The position numbers and the translations under genes are program-made. The notes under the pieces were generated by a model, which saw only the letters and a program-made list of their open reading frames with translations, was not told the DNA's origin and made no database searches. A stretch of DNA of 64,000 bases. Source: Terriglobia bacterium. Its GTDB lineage: Bacteria; Acidobacteriota; Terriglobia; 2-12-FULL-54-10. Shown one piece after another: positions 1-10,042 of this stretch (positions are counted from its first letter, which is position 1; every line of letters starts with the position of its first letter). The stretch covers positions 608,001 through 672,000 of the forward strand of contig CAXVYR010000003.1 in the NCBI GenBank assembly GCA_963666975.2, given 5' to 3'.

Positions 1-2
1 TA

Positions 3-1394
3 GCGGCGCTGGGGATCATGATCAGCATCAGCCCCAAGCTGACTTTCTATTGTTTTCTATTGATGCCTGTGGTCGTGGGGGTGGTGGTGTTTTTCGGACG
101 CCGGATCCATGAGCGCTTTGAAACCATTCAGGCCATGCTCTCCAACTTGAGCGCGAAAGTGCAGGAAAGCTTGGCCGGCATTCGTGTCGTTCGCGCCTAT
201 GCGCAGGAGGAGGCGGAGATCGCGCGCTTCCAGGAAGCTAATGAAGAGTATGTCGCACGGAATATGAAACTCGTCCGCCTCTGGGGCGTGTTCTATCCGA
301 CGCTCGAAGTTTTGCTGGGGCTCACCTACGTGATGGTTCTCTGGCTGGGAGGCCGCGAGGTGGTGAACGGCAATATTACAATCGGTTCCTTTGTCGCTTT
401 CAACGCTTACATGGGGCAGCTTACGTGGCCCATGATCGCCATGGGTTGGGTCGTAAACCTTTTTCAGCGGGGCACGGCTTCCCTGGGCCGCTTGAATCAG
501 ATTTTATCGGAGGAGCCGGAAATCGCTGATCGTCCGGACCTCCGCCTTGCGCCCTCCGATCTTGCCACCTCGCAAACTGCTGAACCTTTGCCGGTCCGGT
601 CCGCAACAGGGTCGGACGGTAACGGCGACGGCAAAAAGGAGGAAGTGCGCGGCGTGGACATTGAGTTCCGCAATCTTTCCTTCTCCTACAACGGCCGGCA
701 AGTGCTTCACAAAATTGACTTGACGATCCCTGCGGGCAGCACGCTGGCCATCGTCGGTCCCACCGGCAGCGGCAAATCCACTTTGGTGCATCTGATTCCC
801 CGCCTCTACGAAACTCCTCCGGGCAGCGTGTATCTGGACGGAAAAGATATCCGCGACTACCGGCTGGAGGAACTGCGCCGGATGATCGGTTTCGTGCAGC
901 AGGAAACTTTTCTGTTTAGCGAGACGGTGCGGGAAAACGTCGCCTTTGGGGTGAGCAACGCTACCGACGGCCAGATTCAGCACGCAGCCGAAATCGGCGG
1001 CCTGCTTTCCGATGTGGAAGACTTTCCCAGGAAGTTTGGGACGATCGTGGGCGAGCGCGGCATTATTCTTTCCGGCGGCCAGAAGCAGCGGACAGCCATT
1101 GCCCGGGCTGTGCTGCGTAACCCGAAGATTCTGGTTCTCGACGATGCGCTTTCGAGCGTCGATACCTATACCGAGGAGATCATCCTCAACCGTCTGGCGT
1201 CAGTGATGCGAGGCCGGACCACGGTTCTCATTTCTCATCGCATCTCCACGGTTCGCGGAGCCGATCAGATTGTGGTGCTTCGCGCAGGCTCCATCGTGGA
1301 GCGCGGCACGCATCAGGAGCTTCTTGGAAACGGTTCCTATTACCAGGAGCTTTATCAGCGGCAGTTGCTGGAAGAGGAATTGGAGAGGGATTGA
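3..1394 (+). CDS. ABC exporter, fused permease/ATPase (MsbA/YheI-like), 5'-partial
   Basis: TM domain then NBD with Walker A GPTGSGKS, signature LSGGQKQR, degenerate Walker B LDDA; frame open to the window edge. Confidence 0.92.
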   Translation, partial: AALGIMISISPKLTFYCFLLMPVVVGVVVFFGRRIHERFETIQAMLSNLSAKVQESLAGIRVVRAYAQEEAEIARFQEANEEYVARNMKLVRLWGVFYPTLEVLLGLTYVMVLWLGGREVVNGNITIGSFVAFNAYMGQLTWPMIAMGWVVNLFQRGTASLGRLNQILSEEPEIADRPDLRLAPSDLATSQTAEPLPVRSATGSDGNGDGKKEEVRGVDIEFRNLSFSYNGRQVLHKIDLTIPAGSTLAIVGPTGSGKSTLVHLIPRLYETPPGSVYLDGKDIRDYRLEELRRMIGFVQQETFLFSETVRENVAFGVSNATDGQIQHAAEIGGLLSDVEDFPRKFGTIVGERGIILSGGQKQRTAIARAVLRNPKILVLDDALSSVDTYTEEIILNRLASVMRGRTTVLISHRISTVRGADQIVVLRAGSIVERGTHQELLGNGSYYQELYQRQLLEEELERD

Positions 1395-1434
1395 TTTCCT
1401 CCGTACACGGCACCCTTTTTGAAGGCAGGTTGGA

Positions 1435-3303
1435 TTGACCAAGCAAGACCATCACGAAGAAGAAGTCCTGGGCAAGGCATACGATAGCAGGCTGATGAGG
1501 CGACTGTTGCGGTACCTGCTTCCCTACCGGGCCATCGTCATGGCGGCTTCGGTGGCGATGATTTTCCATTCCCTGCTCCAGGTGGTGGGTCCCTTTCTGA
1601 CGAAAGTTGCCGTGGACCGCTTCTTGGTGACCACAGAGCGCCAGCCCACGTTTCTGGATTCTTTGCTCAGCGACAACCACCTGACAGGGTTAACCCAGAT
1701 CGCCGGGCTTTACATGCTGACCCTGGTGCTGCTGTTTGCGCTGGAGTATGCCCAGACATACTACATGCACAGGGTCGGCCAGCGCGCCATGTACGACCTG
1801 CGCATGGAGATCTTCCGCCACTTGCAGCGGCTTCACGTTCAATTTTTCGACCGCAATCCCGTCGGGCGACTGCTGACGCGCGCCACCACGGATGTGGACG
1901 TGCTGAATGAAATGTTCACCTCCGGCGTAGTGGCCCTCTTCGGCGATTTCTTGACGCTGGTCTTCATCCTTGCCGTGATGCTGCAGATGAACGCCGGCTT
2001 GGCGCTGGTCACCTTTTCCGTGCTGCCGCTGATTTTCGTGGCCACCTTCCTGTTTCGCCGGGTCGTCCGCGGATGTTACCGTCGCATCCGTGTGGCGCTG
2101 GCCCGGATGAATGCTCACCTCCAGGAGCACCTGACGGGAATGAGCGTGGTGCAACTGTTCAACCGCGAGGCGAAGAGTTTTGCCGAGTTTGAAAAGATCA
2201 ACCGCACCCACAAGCGGGCCTTTCTCGATTCCGTCTTTGCGCACTCGCTGTTTTACCCTGCCGTCGAGGTGCTCAGCTCCACCGCTATCGCGCTGATCAT
2301 CTGGTATGGGGGACAGCGGGTGTTGGGAGAGACGCTGACCCTCGGCATCCTGGTTGCCTTCATCCAATACGCGCAGCGGTTTTTCCGTCCCATCCAGGAC
2401 CTCAGTGAAAAGTACAACATCTTGCAGGGAGCGATGGCCAGCTCGGAGCGCATCTTCAAGCTGCTGGATACTCCGGTCGAAATCGAATCGCCCCGGGAGT
2501 CTTCCCCTCCGAAACTTGCCCCGGAGTCGAGCGGGAGCCTGGAGTTCCGGGATGTCTGGTTCTCCTACACCGGCCAGCAGGAAGGCGAGGAGCCCGATTG
2601 GGTGCTCCAGGATATCAACTTGAAGATCGAGCCGGGCGAAACAATCGCCGTCGTGGGACATACCGGCGCCGGCAAGACCACCTTGTCGAGCCTGCTGCTG
2701 CGTTTCTACGACGTCCAGCGGGGCCAGGTTCTGGTGGACGGGGTGGACGTGCGGGACCAAAACTTGAGCGAGTTGCGACGGCGTTTCGGCGTGGTGCTCC
2801 AGGACCCGTTTTTGTTCTCGGGAACGATTGAGAGCAACATCCGCCTGGGCTCGGAGACGGTAGCCCATGAGGATATGGAGGACGCTATCGAGGAGGTGAA
2901 CCTCGGCGAATTCATTCGGTCGCTTCCGCAGGGCTACCAGGAGGAAGTTCGCGAGCGCGGCAGCACGCTTTCGGTGGGCCAGAAACAACTCATCAGTTTT
3001 GCCCGCGCGCTGGCGCACAATCCACAGATTCTTATCTTGGACGAGGCGACATCGAGCGTGGACACGGATACGGAATTCCGCCTCCGGGAAGCCTTGAACC
3101 GCATGGTCAGCGGGCGAACCTCGCTGATTATTGCCCACAGGCTTTCCACCATTCAGCGGGCCGACCGCATTGTGGTGCTGCACAAGGGAAAAATCCGCGA
3201 GGTCGGGCCGCATCAACAACTGCTCGCACAGCGAGGCATTTACTGGAAGCTTTACCAGTTGCAATACAAGGAGCAGGAAGTTGCTGTTACCGGTGATGAT
3301 TGA
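1435..3303 (+). CDS. ABC exporter, fused permease/ATPase (YheH-like partner subunit)
   Basis: GHTGAGKT, LSVGQKQL, ILDEATS; adjacent to the first half-transporter, typical heterodimer pair. Confidence 0.92.
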   Translation: MTKQDHHEEEVLGKAYDSRLMRRLLRYLLPYRAIVMAASVAMIFHSLLQVVGPFLTKVAVDRFLVTTERQPTFLDSLLSDNHLTGLTQIAGLYMLTLVLLFALEYAQTYYMHRVGQRAMYDLRMEIFRHLQRLHVQFFDRNPVGRLLTRATTDVDVLNEMFTSGVVALFGDFLTLVFILAVMLQMNAGLALVTFSVLPLIFVATFLFRRVVRGCYRRIRVALARMNAHLQEHLTGMSVVQLFNREAKSFAEFEKINRTHKRAFLDSVFAHSLFYPAVEVLSSTAIALIIWYGGQRVLGETLTLGILVAFIQYAQRFFRPIQDLSEKYNILQGAMASSERIFKLLDTPVEIESPRESSPPKLAPESSGSLEFRDVWFSYTGQQEGEEPDWVLQDINLKIEPGETIAVVGHTGAGKTTLSSLLLRFYDVQRGQVLVDGVDVRDQNLSELRRRFGVVLQDPFLFSGTIESNIRLGSETVAHEDMEDAIEEVNLGEFIRSLPQGYQEEVRERGSTLSVGQKQLISFARALAHNPQILILDEATSSVDTDTEFRLREALNRMVSGRTSLIIAHRLSTIQRADRIVVLHKGKIREVGPHQQLLAQRGIYWKLYQLQYKEQEVAVTGDD

Positions 3304-3333
3304 TAATTCAGACGGTTCAACAGGGGGATATTT

Positions 3334-4071
3334 ATGGCGGTATTGAGATGGGCGGTTGGCGCGACTCTGGTGAGTTTCTTGCTGCTCTGGGGCTTGCTGC
3401 CCTCCGAGATTCGCCAGATGAAGATGGGTAAGCTCAGCGTGGCGCAAGCACAAGAGGATACCACCGAACCCAAGCGTGTCTACACCAACGATGACTGGCC
3501 CTTCAATCGCCGGCGCTCGGCCCCCTCTGCTTCGGAAAGCGAGACGGCAAAGGAAACCGAGAGCCCTTCTTCCGCCCGCGAACGTCGGGGAGAACGACTG
3601 GCGCCCTTTGTCGCCACTCCCATGCAGGTGGTCGAGAAGATGCTGGAAATGGCGCAGGTCACATCCAGCGACGTGGTGTATGACCTGGGCTCGGGCGACG
3701 GACGGATCGTCATCATGGCGGCTGAAAAGTATGGCGCCAAGGCCGTGGGGGTGGAGTTGGACCGCCTCCTGGTGGAGGAGTCGACCGCGAAGATACAGGA
3801 ACGGAACCTGGGTGAATTGGCGAGCATTATTCAGGGCGACCTTTTGCAAACGGATCTAAGGCCTGCGACGGTTGTGGCTGTTTACCTGTTGCCGGGAGCC
3901 AATGAAAAATTGCGCCCGAAGCTCGAAAAAGAACTCCGCCCCGGCACAAGAGTGATTGTGCACGACATCCGCATACCCCGATGGCGGTCCGCGCAGGACG
4001 AAGCCGTCCAGATCGGCGGCGGCTCCCACTTTGTCTACCTCTATAAAATCCCCGAGGCCTTTCAGAGATGA
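3334..4071 (+). CDS. Class I SAM-dependent methyltransferase with N-terminal signal/TM segment
   Basis: APFVATP...VYDLGSGDGRI motif; hydrophobic N-terminus. Confidence 0.85.
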   Translation: MAVLRWAVGATLVSFLLLWGLLPSEIRQMKMGKLSVAQAQEDTTEPKRVYTNDDWPFNRRRSAPSASESETAKETESPSSARERRGERLAPFVATPMQVVEKMLEMAQVTSSDVVYDLGSGDGRIVIMAAEKYGAKAVGVELDRLLVEESTAKIQERNLGELASIIQGDLLQTDLRPATVVAVYLLPGANEKLRPKLEKELRPGTRVIVHDIRIPRWRSAQDEAVQIGGGSHFVYLYKIPEAFQR

Positions 4072-4188
4072 TTTCCCGTTAACCCGGCGCGGGCTGACAG
4101 CGCTGGCCAATGATGTAAGTAACCACCAGCGGCACGATGCCGGTTGCTACCCCCAAAAAGACAAGCGCCAGCCGCAGCAGGCTGTGTC

Positions 4189-5247
4189 TCAAACCAAAAC
4201 CGCCGCACTGCCCCGCAGTGACCGAGCACGGCGGGAATAGGTGGAGTTGCGCTCCATGGGAGTAAATCCGGCGAGTTCAATGTTCCGGCGCAACTGCTCT
4301 TCCCGTGCCGACAGGCTGTCGGGTGCGCCCTCAATGACGTTCTCTTCGAGGATTACGCTGCCGGCGTCATTGGCTCCGAAATCGAGCGCCCGGCGGCCCG
4401 TCGCGAGTCCTACGGTCAGCCAGGAGGCTTGCAGATTCTCGAAATTGTCGAGATAAACCCGCGCAAGGGCCTGCATCGCCAGATACTCCTCATCGGGAGG
4501 TTTCTGCTTGGGAAGGATCGAAGGATGCTGCCGGCCGGTCTGGTACGGCCAGACGATCATTGCCACAAATCCTCCCGTCTCATCCTGCAACTGCCGCAGC
4601 CGGTCCAGATGATTCAGGCGATGTTCCAAAGTTTCACCGAACCCGAAAACCATGGTGGCTGTTGTCGGCAGCCCCAGGCGGTGGGCGGTGCGGTGAACCT
4701 CAACCCACTGGTCTGAGTTCAGCTTCAGCGGGCTGATGCGGTTCCTCACCTCGTCGTCCAATATCTCCGCGCCGGCTCCGGGAATGGAGTCGAGGCCGGC
4801 TTCGTGGAGGCGGCCCATCGCCTGTTCGAGCGTCAGCCCGGAGACCTCGGCAAGATTCCAAATCTCCGAAGCGGAAAAACTGTGGCAATCCACACGGAAC
4901 CGCTGCTTTACCTTGCGCAACAGCGCCTCATAGTAATCGATCTTCAAATCCGGATGGTCGCCCCCCTGGATGAGTATGCCGGAGACGCCTTGGGCAATGC
5001 TTTCTTCGATCTTCGCCAAAATCGCTTCGTCGGAGTGCAGATACCCTTCCGGGCTTCCCGGAGGACGATAAAACGAGCAGAAGGAGCAGTAGGCGTTGCA
5101 GACGTTGGTGTAGTTGATGGTGCGCTGGATGGCGAAGCTGACAACCTTTTCCGGATGCTTCCGGTAACGGACCTCGGAAGCGGCTTCGGAGAGCGCTGGG
5201 AGGCCTTGCTGGTAAAGATGCCGTGCCTGTTCCCTGTCAATCCGCAA
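4189..5247 (-). CDS. mqnC: Radical SAM protein, MqnC/CofH family (cyclic dehypoxanthine futalosine synthase-like)
   Basis: INYTNVCNAYCSFC (CxxxCxxC), GLDSIPGAGAEIL, FGANDAGSVILEENV. Confidence 0.75.
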   Translation of the reverse strand: MRIDREQARHLYQQGLPALSEAASEVRYRKHPEKVVSFAIQRTINYTNVCNAYCSFCSFYRPPGSPEGYLHSDEAILAKIEESIAQGVSGILIQGGDHPDLKIDYYEALLRKVKQRFRVDCHSFSASEIWNLAEVSGLTLEQAMGRLHEAGLDSIPGAGAEILDDEVRNRISPLKLNSDQWVEVHRTAHRLGLPTTATMVFGFGETLEHRLNHLDRLRQLQDETGGFVAMIVWPYQTGRQHPSILPKQKPPDEEYLAMQALARVYLDNFENLQASWLTVGLATGRRALDFGANDAGSVILEENVIEGAPDSLSAREEQLRRNIELAGFTPMERNSTYSRRARSLRGSAAVLV

Positions 5248-5361
5248 GCTGCTATATCTCCTTCTCGTTTTTGTGGAGGCTGGCCTCGTTAAGGAATGCT
5301 ACAACAGGCAGCGCGGATGCTGCAATGAGGAAAGCCTGAAGTTTACAGCCATCCCGCCAGC

Positions 5362-6099
5362 TTATGGAGAGGCAGAGGCCCTTTCCAAAAGTTTCGCTGC
5401 TAACTCGTCGAACACATCGCATCCCAGCGATTGCTGGCTATCGGTCAGGTGAGGTATCACATCCAGTGGCGTCTGAATCAACAGGCGCAGCGTTTGCTCG
5501 TTGGTTTCCACGGCGGGGTCCCGACCCGGCCTGCAATGATTCAAGATGCACCCTGCCACTACCAGTCCAGCGCTTTCAAGCGACGCAAGCGTGAGCAGCG
5601 TGTGGTTAATCACGCCTAATTTCGATCCCGCCACCACTAACACGGGCAGGTCCAGCATGCGGGCAAGGTCCGCATAGTCGAAATCTGCTGTGATCGGCAC
5701 TCGAATGCCTCCGGCGGTTTCGACCAGAACAATGTCGTGGGAGGCAGCCAATTCAAGGTAGCAGCCCTCAAGCCGCTGCGGGTCAATTGGATTCCCTTCG
5801 CGCTCTGCCGCAACCCAGGGGGCAACCGGGGTCCGGAAGCGGTACGGACAGATCGTATCGAGCGAGGCTTTCGTTCCCGATGTTTGCTGTAGAAGCAGTG
5901 CGTCGGTGGGGAGTAAGTTTTTTGATCCGGGCTCTGATCCGCGCCCCAATTCGCATCCGGTCTCAACGGGCTTAAAAGGAGCCACCCGGAGCCCCTTACG
6001 GCGCAGCGAGGCGGCGATGCCGCAGGCTACAAAGGTCTTCCCTGCCCCGGTGTCAGTCCCGGTGATCAACAATCGATTTTTCTTCCCGCGCAATTCCAT
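5362..6099 (-). CDS. bioD: Dethiobiotin synthase
   Basis: ITGTDTGAGKT, FKPVETG, VETAGG, LGVINHTLLT. Confidence 0.95.
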   Translation of the reverse strand: MELRGKKNRLLITGTDTGAGKTFVACGIAASLRRKGLRVAPFKPVETGCELGRGSEPGSKNLLPTDALLLQQTSGTKASLDTICPYRFRTPVAPWVAAEREGNPIDPQRLEGCYLELAASHDIVLVETAGGIRVPITADFDYADLARMLDLPVLVVAGSKLGVINHTLLTLASLESAGLVVAGCILNHCRPGRDPAVETNEQTLRLLIQTPLDVIPHLTDSQQSLGCDVFDELAAKLLERASASP

Positions 6100-6102
6100 C
6101 CT

Positions 6103-7473
6103 TTACCTTTCGCAGGATTTCATCACTGTCCGGATGGACACGGCGGTCACATGGACCAATCTTTCCAGTTCCTGCGCTGTGGTGGAGAGGGGCGGGTTCA
6201 GAATAATCACGTCGCCGAGCGGCCGGATAATCACACCCAGCTTGCGCGCCTCCAGGATCACCTGCTTTCCGATTTGTTTAGCGGTCGGGAAAGGCCTGCG
6301 GGCAGCAGCGTCCTCTGCCAGGTCTATTCCCACCATGAAGCCCCATTGGCGGACATCGGAAACATGCTCCTGCTCCCGAAGCGGCTGCAACAGGCGGTCC
6401 ATTTGCGCGATCAGGGGAGTCATGCGATCCAGGGTATTTTCTTTCGCAAACAAATCCAGCGAAGCAATGGCAGCGGCGCAGGCCAAAGGATTGCCCGTAT
6501 AGGTGTGGCCGTGAAAGAAGGTCTTCCGCTCCTCGTGCTCTCCCAGAAAGGCCTCGAAGATTCTCTCCGTAGCCAGCGTAGCGGCCAGAGGCATCGTGCC
6601 GCCGGAGATTCCCTTTCCCAAGCACATCAGGTCTGGAGAAATTCTGGCATGTTCGCAGGCAAACATCCGCCCGGTCCTGCCGAACCCAACGGCAACCTCA
6701 TCGGCGATGAATAAGATGTTATTTTCGCGGCACAGCCGGTGAAGTCCCGAAAGATATTCCACCGGATGGGCCCACATCCCGGCGGCGCCCTGCATCAGCG
6801 GCTCGACAAACAAAGCGGCTATCCGTTCCCGGTTTTCCCGCAACGTCCGTTCAGCCTCCTCCAGCGCATGTGCCAGCGCCTGCCCGGGACTCTCCCCCCG
6901 GTAGTATCGGAACGCATGCGGCGGCGCGATGCGCAAGCAGGGAAACAAAAGGCGGCGATAACGGGCGTGGAAGTCCTCCGAGTATCCCACGCTCATCGCC
7001 CCGATCGTATCCCCGTGGTAGGACTCGGAAAGACTGACATAACAGTCTCGCTTGGAATCACCCTGCAATGCCCAGTACTCAAAAGCCATCTTTAAGGCGA
7101 TCTCAGTAGCCGTCGCTCCCGCGTCGGAATAAAAAACCCTGCGCAGGCCGGGCGGAGCTGCATCGATCAACTTCTTGGCGAATACCGTTGCCGGGATATT
7201 AGAAAGCCCCAGCATCGTGGTGTGCGCCACTGCATCCAACTGATTCCGAATCGCCTCCGCAATCTCCGGACGTCCGTGACCATGGACGTTTGCCCACAGC
7301 GAAGAGACGCCGTCAAAGTAACGGTTGCCCTGCTGGTCAAACAGATAATTCCCCTCGGCGCGGACGATGAACAGAGGGTCTTCGGCCATCCACTCGCGCA
7401 TCGGCGTGAAGGGATGCCAAAGGAAAGAATGGTCCCACTGCTTCAGGGAGCTAGGGTCGTGGCCGGAGGTCAT
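6103..7473 (-). CDS. bioA: Adenosylmethionine-8-amino-7-oxononanoate aminotransferase
   Basis: LWHPFT, SSLWANVHGH, YHGDT, DEVAVGFGRTG, HGHTYTGNP. Confidence 0.95.
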   Translation of the reverse strand: MTSGHDPSSLKQWDHSFLWHPFTPMREWMAEDPLFIVRAEGNYLFDQQGNRYFDGVSSLWANVHGHGRPEIAEAIRNQLDAVAHTTMLGLSNIPATVFAKKLIDAAPPGLRRVFYSDAGATATEIALKMAFEYWALQGDSKRDCYVSLSESYHGDTIGAMSVGYSEDFHARYRRLLFPCLRIAPPHAFRYYRGESPGQALAHALEEAERTLRENRERIAALFVEPLMQGAAGMWAHPVEYLSGLHRLCRENNILFIADEVAVGFGRTGRMFACEHARISPDLMCLGKGISGGTMPLAATLATERIFEAFLGEHEERKTFFHGHTYTGNPLACAAAIASLDLFAKENTLDRMTPLIAQMDRLLQPLREQEHVSDVRQWGFMVGIDLAEDAAARRPFPTAKQIGKQVILEARKLGVIIRPLGDVIILNPPLSTTAQELERLVHVTAVSIRTVMKSCER

Positions 7474-8741
7474 GATTTGGAAACCGGCTGTGAAGGAACG
7501 GCTGCCGAGGCCATACTAGCCGAAGCAGCACGCCGTTTTGGAGAAAATAAAGCAGACCGCAATTTGTGGAATCCTGCCAATGCTTTCTGGATGTCATCGT
7601 CGGTATGAAGCGCCGTCGGACAGATACGCAGCCGCGCTGTGCCGCGTGGAACGGTCGGAGGGCGGATTCCTTGTACGAAGACGCCCTCTCGGAGCAACAA
7701 ACGGCATGCCGCCATTGTGCGGTGTTCCTCGCCCAGCCGCAACGGCAGTATCTGGCTCTGCTCCGGGCCCGGATCAAACCCCATATCCAACAAGCCTTGT
7801 CGCAGTTGGCCGACATTGCGCCACAATGCCTCCCGCCGCTGCGGTTCCCTCTCGACAACACGCAGAGCCGCCGCAGAGGCTGCCAGGACCGCAGGCGGCA
7901 GACCCGTCGTGAAAATAAAGCTGCGGGCATGGTTGACTAGATAGAGAATGAGTTCCTTGCTTCCAGTAATGTAGCCGCCCAAACTTCCCAGTGCCTTGCT
8001 GAAAGTTCCCATCTGGATCTCCACCTGTTGCTGCAAGCCCAGCGCCTCGATTCGCCCGGCGCCCGTGGGCCCAAAGGCGCCGGTTGCATGCGCCTCATCG
8101 ACCATCAGCAGTGCTTCGTACTTTTTAGCCAGCCAGACAATATCTTCCAGCGGGGCCAGATCGCCGTCCATCGAAAAGACCGACTCGGTCAGGATCAGCT
8201 TGTGCCGCGCCGCCGGGCGGCTGGCCAGCTTGCGCTCCAGGTCTTCGGCGTTGCAGTGATCGTAAATCAGAACTTCCGCCCGCGACAGACGGCTGCCGTC
8301 GATCAAGCTGGCATGGTTCAACGCGTCGCTGAAAATTGCGTCGCCGGGGCCTGCCAGCGCCGAGACCGTGCCGAGATTGGCCTGATACCCGGAGGAAAAA
8401 ACCAGTGCAGCTTCGCTGCCCTTAAAGCGCGCCAGCTCGCGCTCCAGCTTTCCATAAAGCTCCAGGTTGCCGCTGATCAGCCGCGACCCGGTCGCGCCGC
8501 AGCCGTAGTTTTCCACCGCCTGGAGCGCGGCTTGCTTCAGCCGCCTATCGGCAGCCAGTCCGAGGTAGTTATTGGAACAGAGCAGCAGGACCTGGCGGCC
8601 GTTCCAGTAAACTTTCGGTCCAGGCTCGCCTTTGATCTCGCGCAGTTTTCGAGTCAGTCCCGCTTTCTTGAGGGCAAAGAGCCTTTCGCGGAGAAACGCG
8701 GCGGCATCGGAAGTCAAATCGGTCTCGGGTTTGGAAGCCAT
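7470..8741 (-). CDS. bioF: 8-amino-7-oxononanoate synthase
   Basis: CSNNYLGL, NHASLIDG, ESVFSMDGD, DEAH, GTFSKALG. Confidence 0.95.
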   Translation of the reverse strand: MASKPETDLTSDAAAFLRERLFALKKAGLTRKLREIKGEPGPKVYWNGRQVLLLCSNNYLGLAADRRLKQAALQAVENYGCGATGSRLISGNLELYGKLERELARFKGSEAALVFSSGYQANLGTVSALAGPGDAIFSDALNHASLIDGSRLSRAEVLIYDHCNAEDLERKLASRPAARHKLILTESVFSMDGDLAPLEDIVWLAKKYEALLMVDEAHATGAFGPTGAGRIEALGLQQQVEIQMGTFSKALGSLGGYITGSKELILYLVNHARSFIFTTGLPPAVLAASAAALRVVEREPQRREALWRNVGQLRQGLLDMGFDPGPEQSQILPLRLGEEHRTMAACRLLLREGVFVQGIRPPTVPRGTARLRICPTALHTDDDIQKALAGFHKLRSALFSPKRRAASASMASAAVPSQPVSKS

Positions 8742-8788
8742 CGATAATTGTTTGGCAGTTGTTTGGCGATGCCGTCTGGCTATATTGT

Positions 8789-9847
8789 CTAACGGTCGCG
8801 CGATTCCGCAGCGCTTGCCAGCGGGACAGTCTGTTCCGGCGGCGGCTCCTGTTCGCGTGATTTCGTCTCCCAGCCGGGCGGCAGGGAAGGAACGAACCCG
8901 GCGTCCTGGAGCATTTGCATATCCGCCTCGGGCACCTCGCCGCGGGTGGTCAGATAATCGCCGATGAAGATGGAGTCAGCGACATAAAGGCCCAGAGGCT
9001 GCAAGGAACGCAGATGAAACTCCCGCCCGCCCGCGATGCGGATTTCTTTGCTGGGGTTCACCAGCCGGAACAAGCACAGAATGGCCAGGCACTTCTGCGG
9101 CGTCAGGTACTCGATGCCGGCCAAAGGGGTGCCGGGAATGGGTATTAAAAAATTGACAGGAATGGAATCGATGTCCATGTCCCGCAGCGAGAAGGTCAAG
9201 TCCGCGATCTGTTCATCACTCTCTCCCATACCCACGATTCCTCCCGAGCAGGAAGAGAGACCGCCCCGCTTGACGGCATCGATGGTCTCGGTGCGGTCCT
9301 GAAAGGTGTGCGTGCTACAGACATCGTTGTAGTGATCTTCGGAGGTGTTCAAGTTATGGTTGATGCGGTCCACGCCGGCGTCCCGCAATCGTTTCACTTC
9401 CTCGTCGTTGAGCAACCCCAGGCAGCAACAGATGCGCAAAGGGTACTTCTCCTTGATCTCCCGGGCGGCTTCGGTAACCGCCTTTAATTCCTGTTCGGTC
9501 GGTCTCCGTCCGCTGATGACCATGCAGTAGGTGTGCGCCTTTACTTCCAGGGCCTGGCGCGCGCCTTCCAGCAACACCTCCCGGCTTTGGAGGGGATACC
9601 GCTCCACGCCGGCCTTGGAAACAATCGACTGCGAACAATAAGAACAATCCTCCGGGCACAAGCCGCTTTTAGCGTTGATGAGCATGTTCAGTTTGATCTT
9701 TTGGCCGTGATAATGGCGGCGCACACGGTAGCAGGCAGAGATTAGTTCCAGCAGTTCTTCTTGCGGGACGGCAAGAACCTGCAGAGCCTCTTCCCTGGAA
9801 ATTTGCTTGCCTTGCAGAACTCGTTCCGACAACTGATGCCAGAGCAT
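8789..9847 (-). CDS. bioB: Biotin synthase
   Basis: NAKSGLCPEDCSYCSQS, NHNLNTS, CSGGIVGMGE, IRIAGGRE. Confidence 0.96.
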   Translation of the reverse strand: MLWHQLSERVLQGKQISREEALQVLAVPQEELLELISACYRVRRHYHGQKIKLNMLINAKSGLCPEDCSYCSQSIVSKAGVERYPLQSREVLLEGARQALEVKAHTYCMVISGRRPTEQELKAVTEAAREIKEKYPLRICCCLGLLNDEEVKRLRDAGVDRINHNLNTSEDHYNDVCSTHTFQDRTETIDAVKRGGLSSCSGGIVGMGESDEQIADLTFSLRDMDIDSIPVNFLIPIPGTPLAGIEYLTPQKCLAILCLFRLVNPSKEIRIAGGREFHLRSLQPLGLYVADSIFIGDYLTTRGEVPEADMQMLQDAGFVPSLPPGWETKSREQEPPPEQTVPLASAAESRDR

Positions 9848-10042
9848 TCAAAACTCCTTTCCACACGCAGAAAATGACCGCCAAACAGATGATTATACAG
9901 AAGTGCGCCGCCGGGAGAAAGCTTGGCTTCGGCAAAGCCCGACTCAACGCTTAACGAAAGCTCCGCGGGGGACAGCAGGATGACTGGATGGAATTCAATT
10001 CTGCTGAAGGTGGGCTGAAAGTGGAATGCTGCCCCGTCGCCG

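Noticed and set aside
1690-3849. 719-aa minus-strand ORF and the many other long antisense ORFs (e.g. 17042-17893, 20027-20974, 43486-44520)
   Set aside because: Shadow frames of well-supported GC-rich genes; no recognisable motifs.
9848-10042. BirA operator or riboswitch upstream of bioB
   Set aside because: No recognisable palindrome or aptamer; only a TATAAT hexamer.
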